Made by a program: the position numbers and the translations under genes | Shown: positions 11,884 through 23,950 of the stretch, piece after piece | How the letters are laid out: each line of letters opens with the position of its first letter | How positions within the stretch are numbered: position 1 is the first letter of the stretch | Source of the DNA: Octopus sinensis | Taxonomy: Eukaryota | Assembly: GCF_006345805.1 (NCBI RefSeq) | Contig: NC_043006.1 | Span: 103,726,001-103,790,000 of the forward strand | DNA length: 64,000 bases | Direction: 5' to 3' | Notes under the pieces: model-generated | Database searches by the model: none | Told to the model about the DNA's origin: nothing | What the model saw: only the letters and a program-made list of their open reading frames with translations

Positions 11884-12606
11884 GCCAAGCAATGTTTAGA
11901 CATAAGAAAAATTTAAGTTAGTTAAAATATGTTGGCGACACATTTCAACTACTAAAAGGCAAATTCGCTGCATTTACCACGGAGAAAATTTTCTCCAATA
12001 GTAAAACACCATATCTGTCCAGTGTCGTCCCTGTCAAGATTTACAGACATCAATGTTTGTAACTCTTTCGCTGTTATCAATGAGAAATACCCAAGAGAAA
12101 AACTGTGGACAGACTTTATTAAATCTATAACTTTAAATAAGATACACTCAATAACATCGACTGATTTGCGCTGGTGAACCACCAGGTGGTGGAACTTACC
12201 GTAATATTAGCGTCAAGCAGTGTTTAGGCATAAACAAAATTTAGGTTAGTTAAAATATGCTTGTGGCATTTGTCAACTCCTACAAGGTAAATTCACTGCA
12301 GTTACTGGAAAGAAAGTGTTTCTCTTATGGTAAAAAGGTGTAAAAATACCATATTTGTCTATTTCAATGACCTGGCGGTCTCCCGGCGCGAGTCAGTCAA
12401 TATTATTGATTGTATTTTAGTTTAAGTAATAGCTTTGATAAGGTGTGTCCAGAGTTGCCTCTCTTAGCTATTTCCCATTGACAAGAGCTAAGGAGCTAGA
12501 AACATTGATGTCTGGGAATCCTGACAGATAGTGACACGGAACAGAAATGTTTTTTACACCTTTTTACCATAAGAGAAAATTTTCTCCAGAGTAATTGCAG
12601 TGAAAC
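11884..12606. repeat. Direct-plus-inverted repeat element (A-B-A' then inverted B/A)
   Basis: gccaagcaatgtttagacat at 11884 and gtcaagcagtgtttaggcat at 12212 (period about 328). 12365-12606 is the reverse complement of the B and A segments. Confidence 0.75.
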
Positions 12607-12866
12607 ATATCACAAACATTTTTGCATGTGTGTGTGTGTGTTTGTGTGAGAGTGAGCGTGCGTATATGTATATTCATGTTTATACATACATACACACACA
12701 CATACATATATGTGTATGTATATATACATAATATATATATATATATATATATATGTTATATTTCGGAATGGTCAATTTGTCAGTTTAGCCAATAAAAACA
12801 CACGCACTATATATATATATATATATAGTGCGTGTGTTTATATATACATATATATATATAATATAT

Positions 12867-12961
<95 letters not shown>

Positions 12962-12984
12962 TAATATATATATATATATATATA

Positions 12985-13030
<46 letters not shown>

Positions 13031-13074
13031 ATATAATATATATATATTATATATACACACACACACATAGGCAA

Positions 13075-13195
13075 GAAGAAAATGGAGGACAAATAACAAA
13101 CAGAAGTGTGTCCTTTGCGTTGTAAAAGTAATTAAATAATGGCTTACTAGCAAAAAAGACTCACTTCCCTTTGTTATTTGTCCTCCATTTTCTTC
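13075..13195. repeat. Inverted repeat with about 38-bp arms
   Basis: gaagaaaatggaggacaaataacaaa pairs with tttgttatttgtcctccattttcttc. Confidence 0.85.
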
Positions 13196-13323
13196 CCGCT
13201 TATAGAAATTAAACTACGGTTATCCGCTAAATTACCTACTGCCGTATACACTGAGGTAATCACCAGTAGTGCCTCTGGATAGATCTATCCCTTAGAGGCT
13301 TTAAACATCTCTTATTTATACCT

Positions 13324-13361
<38 letters not shown>

Positions 13362-13375
13362 ATATATATATATAT

Positions 13376-13713
13376 ACTCTCTTTACTCTTTTACTTGTTT
13401 CAGTCATTTGACTACGGCCATGCTGGAGCACCGCCTTTAATCGAGCAACTCAACCCCAGGATTTATTCTTTTGTGAGCCCAGTACTCATTCTATAGGTGA
13501 ATTTTGCCGAACCGCTAGGTAACAGAGACATAAACACACCAGCACCGATTGTCAAGCAATGCTAGGGGGACAAACACAGACACACAAATACACACACACA
13601 TATATATATATACATATATATGACGGGCTTCTTTCAGTTTCCGTTTACCAAATCCACTCAGAATGCTCTGGTCGGCCCGAGGCTATAGTAGAAGACACTT
13701 GCCCAAGGTGTCA

Positions 13714-13714
<1 letters not shown>
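13376..13714 (-). mobile_element. tRNA-derived SINE family A (CR1-like tail)
   Basis: Reverse complement of the family at 27582-27975. The head is cut by (TA)n. Confidence 0.9.
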
Positions 13715-13767
<53 letters not shown>

Positions 13768-14087
13768 CGATTATTAAAATGGCCGATGCAAGAAGAACAA
13801 GATGTCACAGTAACTCCGAATTAGCTTAACCTCTTAATAGTCTTAATACTTCGGATGTTTGATACTTTATCGGAAATAATGAGAGAAATGAGAAGCATAC
13901 ATTGAGAGAGAAATAGGCACCGCATAAAAAGAACTACGTGAAAAGACATGGGAAGAAGCCAAAGGGTTAGAAATTAGGTGGAAATGCAGTTCCATGGAGT
14001 ATCTTAAATATGAGGAAGACTCGTACATGTAACTACTTTTACCAGAGTATGCATATAATGTTGTGGTATGTGTGTTAGTGCGATATA

Positions 14088-14640
14088 CAGGGTGTCTCTA
14101 AAGTTGGACACATAGACAAAATGTGTATCTTCAAGAAATACTTGTAAACTTTTCAACAACATTCTATTCAATTGGAATATTAACAAATAACATCCTCAAT
14201 ATTACGGAGATGTACTTGCATAGCGAGTGACTTGATCTGAGATCGTGTGCTGGAACGAAAACAATTGCAGCGGGGAAGGTGTTTATAAGCCATTTAAGAA
14301 ACAGACAAAACCGTTAGATTCACTTCAACATTTAAATTTAATTTCTCAAAATATTTTCGTCGCTTTGAGACCGCGACCTGTTCACTGACAAAACTACGTG
14401 CTTCATCACGTCTCAAAGAGACGAAAATATTTCGACAAATTAAATTTAAATGTTGAAGTGAATCTAACAGTTTTGTGTGTTTCTTAAATGGCTTATAAAC
14501 ACCTTCCACGCTGCAATTGTTATCTTCAATAGTTTTTTCACCAATTATGATGCAAAGGTCAATGCGCTTTGGTAGATTTACGCTAACCCGGTGCAATAAT
14601 TCCACACTGCGTTCAATTTGAACACGAAGCCATAATTAAT
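14088..14640 (-). mobile_element. Degenerate Tc1/mariner fragment with one TIR
   Basis: TA|cagggtgtc terminus at 14086-14096, with a decayed ORF behind it. Confidence 0.55.
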
Positions 14641-16283
14641 CTGAGTAGGTAAAAAAATATAGAAGGTAAGACATATATAGGTAAAATGGAATATATTTGA
14701 CAGCATCTTGGGTAAGCGATTACAGAACAAAGACGGATGATTTATTTTAAAAGTTGAATGTGATAGAAGTTCTTGAAAACTCTCATTAGAAAAAAAAAAA
14801 TTAATGAAAATAGTTACGAATCCAAAACACTGATAAAACGTAAAAGCGGAATTGATTGAGAATCCAGAACATGGTAAGAGGTAGGCAGGAAATTAATAAA
14901 AGATTAATTAACTTAGATGAACAAGGCAAAATGTCGGGCTTTTTTACACATGTGGTGGGGAAAATGGCGGACGCAAATAAGAGAAGAATAAAAATGTTTT
15001 TGTAACACAAGATTGGACGTAAGATGAGGAAAATTAACAAACAGCCAAATAGAAGTGAAAGAAGGAAACGAATGGAATGGGTGGTTCCATTATGTTAACC
15101 AAAACGAAAGTACTTAAGTGTAGATGCACGAGTGAGTGGGCCAGTAAGTGTGCATGTATGTGAGAGTAGGTATATGTGGGTAAGAATGTGTGAAATGTGT
15201 TATATGTAGTGTGCGTGTGTGCGCGTGCGTATGTGTGTGTTTGTGTGTGTGCGAGTGTATTTGTTTGTGTGCGTGTGTATTTGTGAGTGTATGTGTGTAT
15301 AAGTGAGGGCAATGAATAGTCAAAGACTGGAGAAATATATTAATAAGAGATAATGGGTTTACATGTGTTGGTATGTGTGTATGTAATTTAAGATTAGGCG
15401 TTTGTGGATAAACGTGTGCTTGCGTGTCGTGTGTATGCATCGAAAAGACCAGATAGTAGATCAATAGGAGTACATGTGTAAGTATATATGTGCATGCGTG
15501 TGTAAAAGTGAAATGTATAAATACATAGGAAGAGTGGCCGTTGGTGTTGCGTGTAAGCCTTTACATCTTGAAACTGTATTAGTGTATGTGCGAAAGGTAA
15601 GTATGGGTGTGGTGAGGTTTGAGGATTTTGTAGTGGAACAGAGTGGAAAAGGAGGTAAGTAGGAAGTACATGTAGTACAGGTGATGCGATGCAGAGAAAC
15701 AGGTGTGTATTTTTGAACAGGTAGAGTGGGAAAACGAATTAGTAAAACTTGATGTATTTAGACTGAAGGGTGTGTATGTTTTGAGAAATGAATGAGCTGC
15801 TGTCTAATCTCAGAAAGAATGGTGAATGCTTCGTTGTTGTAGGCCTAACATAGTGATTTTTAACCATATTTTTTATATGTATTGTGACCCCTTTTACTAT
15901 ATTATTTTATTCTGATACCCGCCTCTCCACAGGCTTAGCCAATCGATGTTGAAAAACTAGTTTTACAGAAACTTCTTTCGAAATTCTCATTTTATTTATC
16001 ACACATTTTCACAGACCCATAAAATACGTTTGTGGATCCAAATTACTATTTTACTTGTGCCCCTCCGCTGCCTACACCCACCAATCTTATTTGGAGCACG
16101 GGTCGTATTGACCCTGGTTCAAAATCTCTGGTCTAGTCGAAGATCAAGAAATGTGTGAATGGAACATACAGCAGAGATAAAATGTCGAGAGACACGCAAG
16201 CATTCCTTTACAAATCCTTATATGCACACATTACCCCACATACAAACAAACACATACGTACACACATGCATATCTATTTATCT

Positions 16284-16324
<41 letters not shown>

Positions 16325-16975
16325 TCCATGGCACATCTATTCAAATAATACACACACACGTTATCAAAGTGTTTGTTGATTAAAGAGAAGGATCGTTTTA
16401 CCCCACGCAAAGCTGTGCTGGTGTTTGTAAGTTATGTAAACATAATGTAGGTGTTTCTCTTGGTTATTTAGATTGCCTTGTATGTATTTGGTCATGCACA
16501 TGCCGTTTGCTGCTATTAGTTTTAATGAAGCATTGGTGTGGGTCTATATGTTTCGTTGTTCTTTTTATAAACCCTGATATGTTGTAATGTAGGAAGATGT
16601 TGATCTAATATTTAGTAAAAATTACTCCATAAATCAAAGTTAATACTCTGCACACTTCTCAAGCTCACAGATAAAGAAAGGGAAATTCACGTTCTCTATT
16701 TATAGTATTTTAGCCATCGTAAATTATGTAGAACGGGATGAAATCAGGTGTCTATAAATAAATAAAATGAAATTGATCAGTAAACTTGGGCGAGTGTATT
16801 TACGAGTATGTGCACTGTCGTGAATAACTGTTAATGATTATTGTTTGAACGTGCTCCACTACTTAGTGAAGAATCAGTTAAGTAATATCACAATACCTAC
16901 TTCTAAAGATTACATTATTCCACAATATAATTCCATGGATAACTGTATACTCACGCACATTGCGAAGATTCAATA

Positions 16976-17182
16976 GGACATTTACCCACCATGGACAATA
17001 CCCCCGACAGACACACACAAGGACACTTACCCCTGAGGACGACAGATGATTTAAAATTTCTTAATATATTGGAGAGTGGGTAATTAACCAAAGGGGTGAT
17101 TGTCCTAGGGGGGTTGTTGTCGTCGGGGGAACGGTTGTCCTGTGGGGGCAGGGTTAATAGACCGAGGTGGGGGTAATTGTCC
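16976..17182. mobile_element. Fold-back MITE-like relic built of ggacaattacccc-type subrepeats
   Basis: Three ggaca.ttaccc motifs on the left and reverse-complement ggg.taattgtcc motifs on the right. Confidence 0.55.
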
Positions 17183-17449
17183 GGATACGCATGATCATAT
17201 CGTTATAACTTTAATGTTTAAATACTCAACATCAATTTGTACATTACAAAATATAATTAGAACATTAATCAACCCATTCAGTGTGGACTACGGCAATTTG
17301 AAATATTAATTATATACTACGATATCACTCATATATACGCTTTTCACCTGTTTATTTATTAATTTATGTATTTATCCATCATCATCATCATCTTCATCAT
17401 CATCTTCATCGTCATTATTATTATTATTATTGTTGTTGTTGTTGTTTTT

Positions 17450-17480
<31 letters not shown>

Positions 17481-17575
17481 TTATTATTATTATTAGTAGT
17501 AGTAGTAGTATTCTTATTATTATTACTATGACTATTACGATTACTATTATTATTATTATTATTATTACTATTACT

Positions 17576-18071
17576 GAGTGAGAGAGCGGGTCATGCCATC
17601 AAAGTGACACTGGGGTAAAATATAGGAAACCCATCATAACTACCCGTCTAATAAGCGTACCCCAGGCACATGCATCACAAACATGTGTGCGTGACATGGT
17701 GATCTCATATCATCATAAATATGACCTTGCAGGTGGGGCCCAGTTAGAACTTTTTCTTCAGGTCGAGTAACCCATCGCGATCAAAAGGTCCCTGAATAAG
17801 GATAGTTTAAGGATATTGAATGAAACATCGATTTCTCAAGGGGTAAATTATTCAAACTCCTAAGAATTCTTCTAAACACATGGCTATGATGCTCCCCTAC
17901 TGCTTCTTCTGGTGATCAGACATGCACATATCGTCATCCAATAAGGGACATGCTGAACTGGTTAAGCTCAAACAACTGACCAGCAACTCTGCAGTATTGA
18001 GCTGAATATTTGCTGTAGCCCATCCAAGATCAGAATCCATGAGAACCAGTGCCTGGAACTAAATCAGGGCA
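17576..18071 (-). mobile_element. Non-coding (TAA)n-tailed repeat element, copy 2
   Basis: Same sequence family as 43984-44545, flanked by (tta)n and (ttg)n. Confidence 0.9.
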
Positions 18072-18083
18072 TTTATTGTTGTT

Positions 18084-18622
18084 TTATTTCTCAGTGTGGT
18101 CGATCTTGTTTGCTCTGGTAGAGTCTGTGAGGGCGGACAGCATCCTGTTGTCAGCAGTTTCACAGTGTTGCTTACCCGACATTATAGCTTTGATACTTAA
18201 CACATAGGTATCAATTATCGTGGAGAACATTCAACATTCAAGTACCAATCGCAAAATCCTAGCTGTCCTCAGCAGCGCAGGTTGTGGGCTTCCTCTGCTC
18301 TCATGTCAATTCCGATTTCTCTTATATATTTTTCAAACTTGCTTCTTAGTGTTCCGAGCGCCCCTATAACTATTGGAATGACAGAGACTCTCCCCATAGT
18401 CAACATTATTGCGATTTTGTCTTTTAGTAGTCTGTATTTTTCAATCTTTTCTAGTTCTCTGTCATTTATGCGCGCATCGTCAGGTATTGCAATATCTATA
18501 ATTTTGATTTCATATTTTATCTTTCTACCCGAGCAATATCTAATCTTCGGGCCTCGATTAGTGAGTTACATTGTATTGTAAAATCTCACAGAATCTTATA
18601 TTCCTTCTTACCATTTCTGTGC
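18084..18622 (-). mobile_element. 5'-truncated R4/Dong-like retrotransposon 3' end (family A)
   Basis: Minus-strand translation gives IKIIDIAIPDDARINDRELEKIEKYRLLK...VIPIVIGALG...TARILRLVL, an RLE C-terminus. Confidence 0.85.
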
Positions 18623-18714
18623 TTATTATTATTATTATTATTATTGTTGTTGTTGTTGTTGTTGTTGTTGTGTTGTTGTTGTTGTTGTTGTTGTTATTAT
18701 TATTATTATTATTA

Positions 18715-18757
<43 letters not shown>

Positions 18758-19100
18758 GTCGTTGCACAGCTTCTAACGCTGGAGATGTCAGCTGCTCAAT
18801 ACTAGTGAACTAAGGTAACACCTCTTATTTTTCGAGCACCTTCCGGAGTATTCGGGCGGTTTCAAGCTGTGCCGTTTTCTGAACGTGTACCACCCTTATT
18901 GCAGCCCCTATTTGTTCACGTACTTCTCAAGATTTTTGCTCACTGCTCCTAGGGCTCCGACAATTATCGGTACCACTACTACCTTTTTCATTGACTACAA
19001 CTACTTAACTTCCCAAGCTATCACGTCATGTCTCTCAACTTTTCTTTCTTCCTAATTGCATACCTTGTTGTCAGCTGGGCATGCTATATCTATGATCCAT

Positions 19101-19102
<2 letters not shown>
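18758..19102 (-). mobile_element. 5'-truncated R4/Dong-like retrotransposon 3' end (family B)
   Basis: Minus-strand translation gives IIDIACPADNKVC...VVVVPIIVGALGAVSKNLEKY, followed by a 3' UTR and (aat)n. Confidence 0.85.
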
Positions 19103-19135
<33 letters not shown>

Positions 19136-19229
19136 TAGTTTTATTTTTATAGCGTGCTTTCACTTCACTACCGAGCGCAGCTCTGTGTGCCTTGGGTATG
19201 TGCTGTGATTTGTTGTGATGCTCTGATGG

Positions 19230-22200
19230 TTATTGTATGGAAAGTGTTCTGCGTAGGATGTGTGCAGTGCCTAGTAGTGCAATTTTCTGTATGTTATATG
19301 TGTTTGTAAGTCCTGGTGTTTTTGTTATGTATTTGTCTGAATATTTTTTATCATGCCTAATGCACCTACTATGATAGGAATTGTTTCTGTTTTCAGATTC
19401 CACATTCTAGTTACCTCTATTTCCAGGTCTTTGTATTTTGAGAGTTTCTCCATTTCTTTTAGAGACACGTTGTCATCAGCCGGTATTGATACATCAATTA
19501 GAAAGCATTTTTTTTCTTCATGGTCTCTGACAACTATATCTGGTCTGTTGGCCTTAATTTCTCTGTCTGTGTGTATCGGCATATCCCAGAGTATGGTTGC
19601 TTTCTCGTTTTCTGTGACCTTTTCTGGTGTGTGCCTATACCATCTTTTTTCTGTTGTTATTCCATAATGTTGGCATAGCTACCAATGTATGTAGGTTCCA
19701 ACTCTGTCATGTCTGTGAATATATTCCTTCTTAGCCAGGACTGGGCAGCTAGAGATAATATGATTTATTGTTTCTTGTCCATCTCCACATATTCTGCAGT
19801 TACTTGTAATATTTCTTTTCATTACATGTTTTGGTAATTTCTGGTGGGGAGGCTTTGGTCTTGTGCTGCAATTAAAAATCCCTCTGTTTCTGCTTTGAGT
19901 CCTGAGCTTCTCAACCATTGCTGGGATTTTTCTTTGTCTATTTCTTTTGCGTTTAGTTTAGTCCAGTATTTACCATGAAGGGGCTTTTCTTGCTATCGTT
20001 TTATCATGGTTCGTTGCTGTTCTATTTTTAGTTTGGATTTCATTTGTTTTATAGCTTTTGTTGTTTCTTCATTTTCTTCTTCTTCTTCATGTTTATTAGG
20101 TGGTATGATTTCTTGTTTGTATTTGTCAGCTTCCTTAAATACTGAGAACAGTTTTTTTGTTTTGCTCGTGTTTTGCCGCTATCTGGATCAGTTTTCCTTC
20201 CTTCTGAAGTAGATATTTTTGCAGTCCTATGGTGGTTATTTTATAGTAGTTTTCCAGCTGTATAAGGCCTCTACTACCTTCTATACGTTGTATATATAGT
20301 CTTTCTATGTCAGATTTTGGGTGATGCATCCTAGATCCTGTCATTATTTTTCTTGTTTTCCTATCTATTTTGGTCAGTTCATTTCGTGTCAAGTTAAGGA
20401 TATTGTAGCTGTAACTTATAACTGGGACAGCTAAAGTGTTGATACCTATTATATTGCTTTTAGCATTGAGCTCTGTGTTTAGTATTGATCTAACTTGTCT
20501 ATAATATTCTTTTTTTATTTTGTCTTTCATTTGTGTGTGTTGTGTCTTATCTAGTTCATGGATTCCTAAGTATTTGTAAGTTTGGCTTTGGTCTAATTCT
20601 TTTATTTCATTGGTTTTATCTAGTGTGATGTTGTTACTCTTAACTAGTTTTCCTCTTTTCATGGTTACTTTGGCGCATTTTTCTAATCCAAATTTCATAT
20701 CTATTTCTTTGGTAAATCCATGAACTGTCTTTAATAGTGTTTCCAGCTGTTTGTCATTTGCAGCGTATAGTTTTAGGTCATCCATATATAAAAGGTGGCT
20801 GATCGTTTTGCCGTAACATTTATATCCGCATCCAGTTCTATTTAGCATATCAGATAGAGGTGACAGTGCCAAGCAGAAAAGGAGTGGAGAGAGCGTGTCT
20901 CCCTGGAATATTCCTCTTCTAATGGGGATGTCTTTGGTTTTCATGAGTCCCTCTTTTGTTTGGAGGTGTAGGACTGTTTGCCATTTATTCATAGAGTGCT
21001 CTATGAATTTTATGATCGTTGGTGCTACTTTGTTAATGGCTAGTGTTTCGAGGATCCATGTGTGGGGGATGCTATCAAACGCCTTTTTGTAGTCAATCCA
21101 GGCCATACTGAGGCCTTTCTTCTTTCTGTGGCTGTCTTCAGTTATGGCTTTATTAATCATTAGTTGATCTTTACAGCCATATGAGCCTTTGCGGCATCCT
21201 TTCTGCTCTTCTGGGAACAGTTTGTTTTCGTCCAGGTGCTTGTTCAGCCTTTGCGATATCACTGCAGTAAATGCCTTGAACATAGTAGGGAGGCAGGTTA
21301 TTGGTCTGTAGTTTTCTGGTTTTTCTGTTTCATTTGATTTGGGAATTAAGATGGTTTTCCCCTTCGTGAGCCATTCAGGCATTGTCTCTGGCTCTGCTAG
21401 TACGTTGTTAAAGTTTTCAGCCAGCTTTTTGTGCATTCCTGTTAGATATTTCAACCAGAAGTTGGGGATCTTGTCATGCCCAGGTGCCTTCCAGTTGCTT
21501 AGTCTTTGCAGTACCTGGGTGACCTCTTCAGTTGTTATGGGGGTCCAAAGTTGTTCAGATGCCGAGTTTGTTATTTTTATACTCCTTTTTTTTGGTGGTT
21601 CGTTCGCCGACCATATTTCTCTCCAGAATTCTTCCAATTCTTCTGCCGTTGGTGCTGCAGTGACTTCTATTTTATTTTTTCCCAGTTCTTGGTAGAACGT
21701 TTTGGGGTTGGAGTTGAACTTTTTGTTTTCTTCAAAGAAGCGTTGGCGTTTCTTGTACCGGCGGATCCTTTGTGCTTTGGCAAGGATATCTTGCTTCAGC
21801 TTTTCTTTTATTTCAGGCAAATCTTTCTCTGTGATGTTATATTTGCGGAGTATTTTCGTTCTCTTTTTGTTGCTCAGTAGCGTTGATTGTTTGCTGATTT
21901 CATTAAGAATCGACAGGTCTTTTCTAATTTTTTTTAATTTTGCTTTGGATGTTATTTATCCACAGGGTTTGTTTGGGTGGTAGTACTCCTGTTTGGGCGG
22001 GTTTGGGTGAGTATCCAGCTTCTTTTGTGGCTGCAGTGGCTGCTGCGTATATTAGGTTATTTAGCTCAGTGATATCACTTTTTTTTTTATTCAGTGGCTA
22101 TCAGTTCAGTGACGGCTAGGTTTATGCTGTTTATAATAGGTGTTGTTATTTCGTTTATTTTGATTCTTGGGAGGTATGGTCGTTGGTCCATTTTGAGCTC

Positions 22201-22875
22201 TGTGGTTTTTAGTTCTTTGATTATTTTATTTTTTATATTATCATAATTATTAGGCTCCCCTTCGTTGTTTACATCGTGTTTGTTGGGAATGTTGCGTTTG
22301 TCTTCGTGTTTTACGGTTTCAGTGTTTATATTATTGGGCATTGTTGTGTGGCTTCTATCTACATTTTCCTGGTGTATGTTTTCTTTTAGGTGTTCTATTT
22401 CTATTTCTGATATTTTTTTTGTGTTGAGAATGTATCTTCGTACGTTAGCTAATTTATTAGGGTTCATTGCTGTATCCAAGTCTATATCTCTATTATTTTC
22501 TTTCCATATTTTATATGTATGTGTTGTTGTATTTTCATCTTGTGGGTAGAGCATTGCTGTGAAGTATGCGTGTAAGATAGAAATGTATTCCTCACGTGTC
22601 CATTTACGTCTTTTGGGTTTTATTTGCGGGACATGAGGTACAACATCCGGCCCATTATTTTGACGGTCGTCATTTTCGTAGGGTACCGGTCCGTTTATTT
22701 CTGTTGTCACATTATTTCGCACGTGTAGTTTTTCGTACATTTTTTGTTGTAAGTTTAATGTACGTACCGCTCGATTGTTATTCTTGGGTTGAATAGTATC
22801 GGTGGCATTTAATTTCTTCGTAGTTCCTTTGTACATGGTGTTTGGAGTCGGGGATGATCGTGATGTTTCACGCAT
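19230..22875 (-). pseudogene. Disrupted R4/Dong ORF (Myb-like, reverse transcriptase, CCHC, PD-D-K restriction-like endonuclease)
   Basis: Motifs RRKWTREE; NYRPITCLPT; WIDYKKAFDSIPH; GIFQGDTLSPLLF; YMDD; CRICGDGQETINHIISSC; RHD; RPDIV...LIDVSIP...K. There are frameshifts at A-runs and two in-frame TAG codons. Confidence 0.92.
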
Positions 22876-23076
22876 GTTTACATGTGTTGTGTTAGAGGTG
22901 GAGATGAAATCGAGTCAAAATACATCATTTCGTTTCGAAAATAGTAATACATTTCAATTAGTATTACTTACTCGGATACAGTCCAATTCTTTGTTAGTAA
23001 ATCTTTGGCTCCATAGGATCTCCTTGTTTTCGATGTTTGTGGATAGGTTTCGGAGCTCTGAATTTTCCTTCTTACA

Positions 23077-23141
23077 TCTTAAACGTTCCCCGGTGTTCTC
23101 TCTTAAACGTTCCCCGGTGTTCTCTCTTAAACGTTCCCCGG
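23077..23141. repeat. 24-bp tandem repeat (2.7 copies) at the 5' terminus of the Dong element
   Basis: tcttaaacgttccccggtgttctc twice plus a 17-nt partial copy, then (tta)n. Confidence 0.95.
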
Positions 23142-23150
23142 TTATTATTA

Positions 23151-23243
<93 letters not shown>

Positions 23244-23262
23244 TAAGGCGACAAGACGGCAG

Positions 23263-23430
23263 AATCGTTAGCACACCGGGCGAAATGCGTACAGTGTTTC
23301 GTCCGTCTTGAATTCAAATTACGCCGAGATCGATTTTGCCTTTCATTTTTTCGAGGTCGATAAATTAAGGACCAGTCGAGCACAGGAGTCCATGTGATCA
23401 ACTAGTCTCTTCCCACAAAATTTCAGACCT
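23263..23430 (+). mobile_element. tRNA-derived SINE, Nin-like central domain family
   Basis: A-box-like ggcagaatcgttagc, B-box-like ttcaaattac and central gcctttcatttttt(c)gaggtcgataaa. Confidence 0.8.
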
Positions 23431-23711
23431 TGTATTTATTATCATTATTTTAACTACTTTGTCAATCAATTTCGTTTAATCACTTTATAGCTCAATTTTT
23501 TCTTTCTTCTACGGATGTAAACTTGAAGCGTGCCGAATACTATGTTTCGATTTTGAAGCAGTTTTAATTCGATATTTACTTCTAAATCTTTTAGTACAGG
23601 TTGTATTGTTGCCTAGTATATATACCATATATATATATTCGTGTGTGCGCGCGGGCTCGCATGTATGTGTGTCTGTGTTCACTTTATATACTTATGTATT
23701 TATGTGACCGC

Positions 23712-23894
23712 GTGTGTACCGTTGGCGATTTTTTCCCTCTGTCTTTCCTTCTCCTATGTTTCCGACGAAGAGCTCCGCTCGAAACGGTAAACCCTCCTTC
23801 TTTCCTTCTTTCCTGAGCGTCCACTAATACTATATTTGTTCCACATCCTCACGCTGTTGTGTTTTTTTTTTGTGCTTTCTTGTTTGGATTAACT
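23712..23894 (+). mobile_element. About 190-bp hammerhead-motif unit, U4C family (copy 1)
   Basis: gttt-CCGACGA-a-gagc-tcc-gctc-GAAAC-GGT-aaac at 23758-23792. The body matches 62523-62719 and ends in (TA)n. Confidence 0.8.
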
Positions 23895-23950
23895 ATATAT
23901 ATATATACAGATATACATACGTACGTACGTACATACATACGTACATACAC

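Larger units (their letters stand above)
19133..23141 (-). mobile_element. Full-length R4/Dong-clade non-LTR retrotransposon inserted in (TAA)n
   Basis: Single-ORF layout of Myb-like domain, RT, CCHC knuckle and RLE. (TAA)n lies at both ends, matching the established target preference of Dong elements. Confidence 0.93.

Noticed and set aside
23077-23141. CRISPR-like 24-bp repeats
   Set aside because: The repeats are directly adjacent with no spacers, in a eukaryotic retrotransposon UTR.
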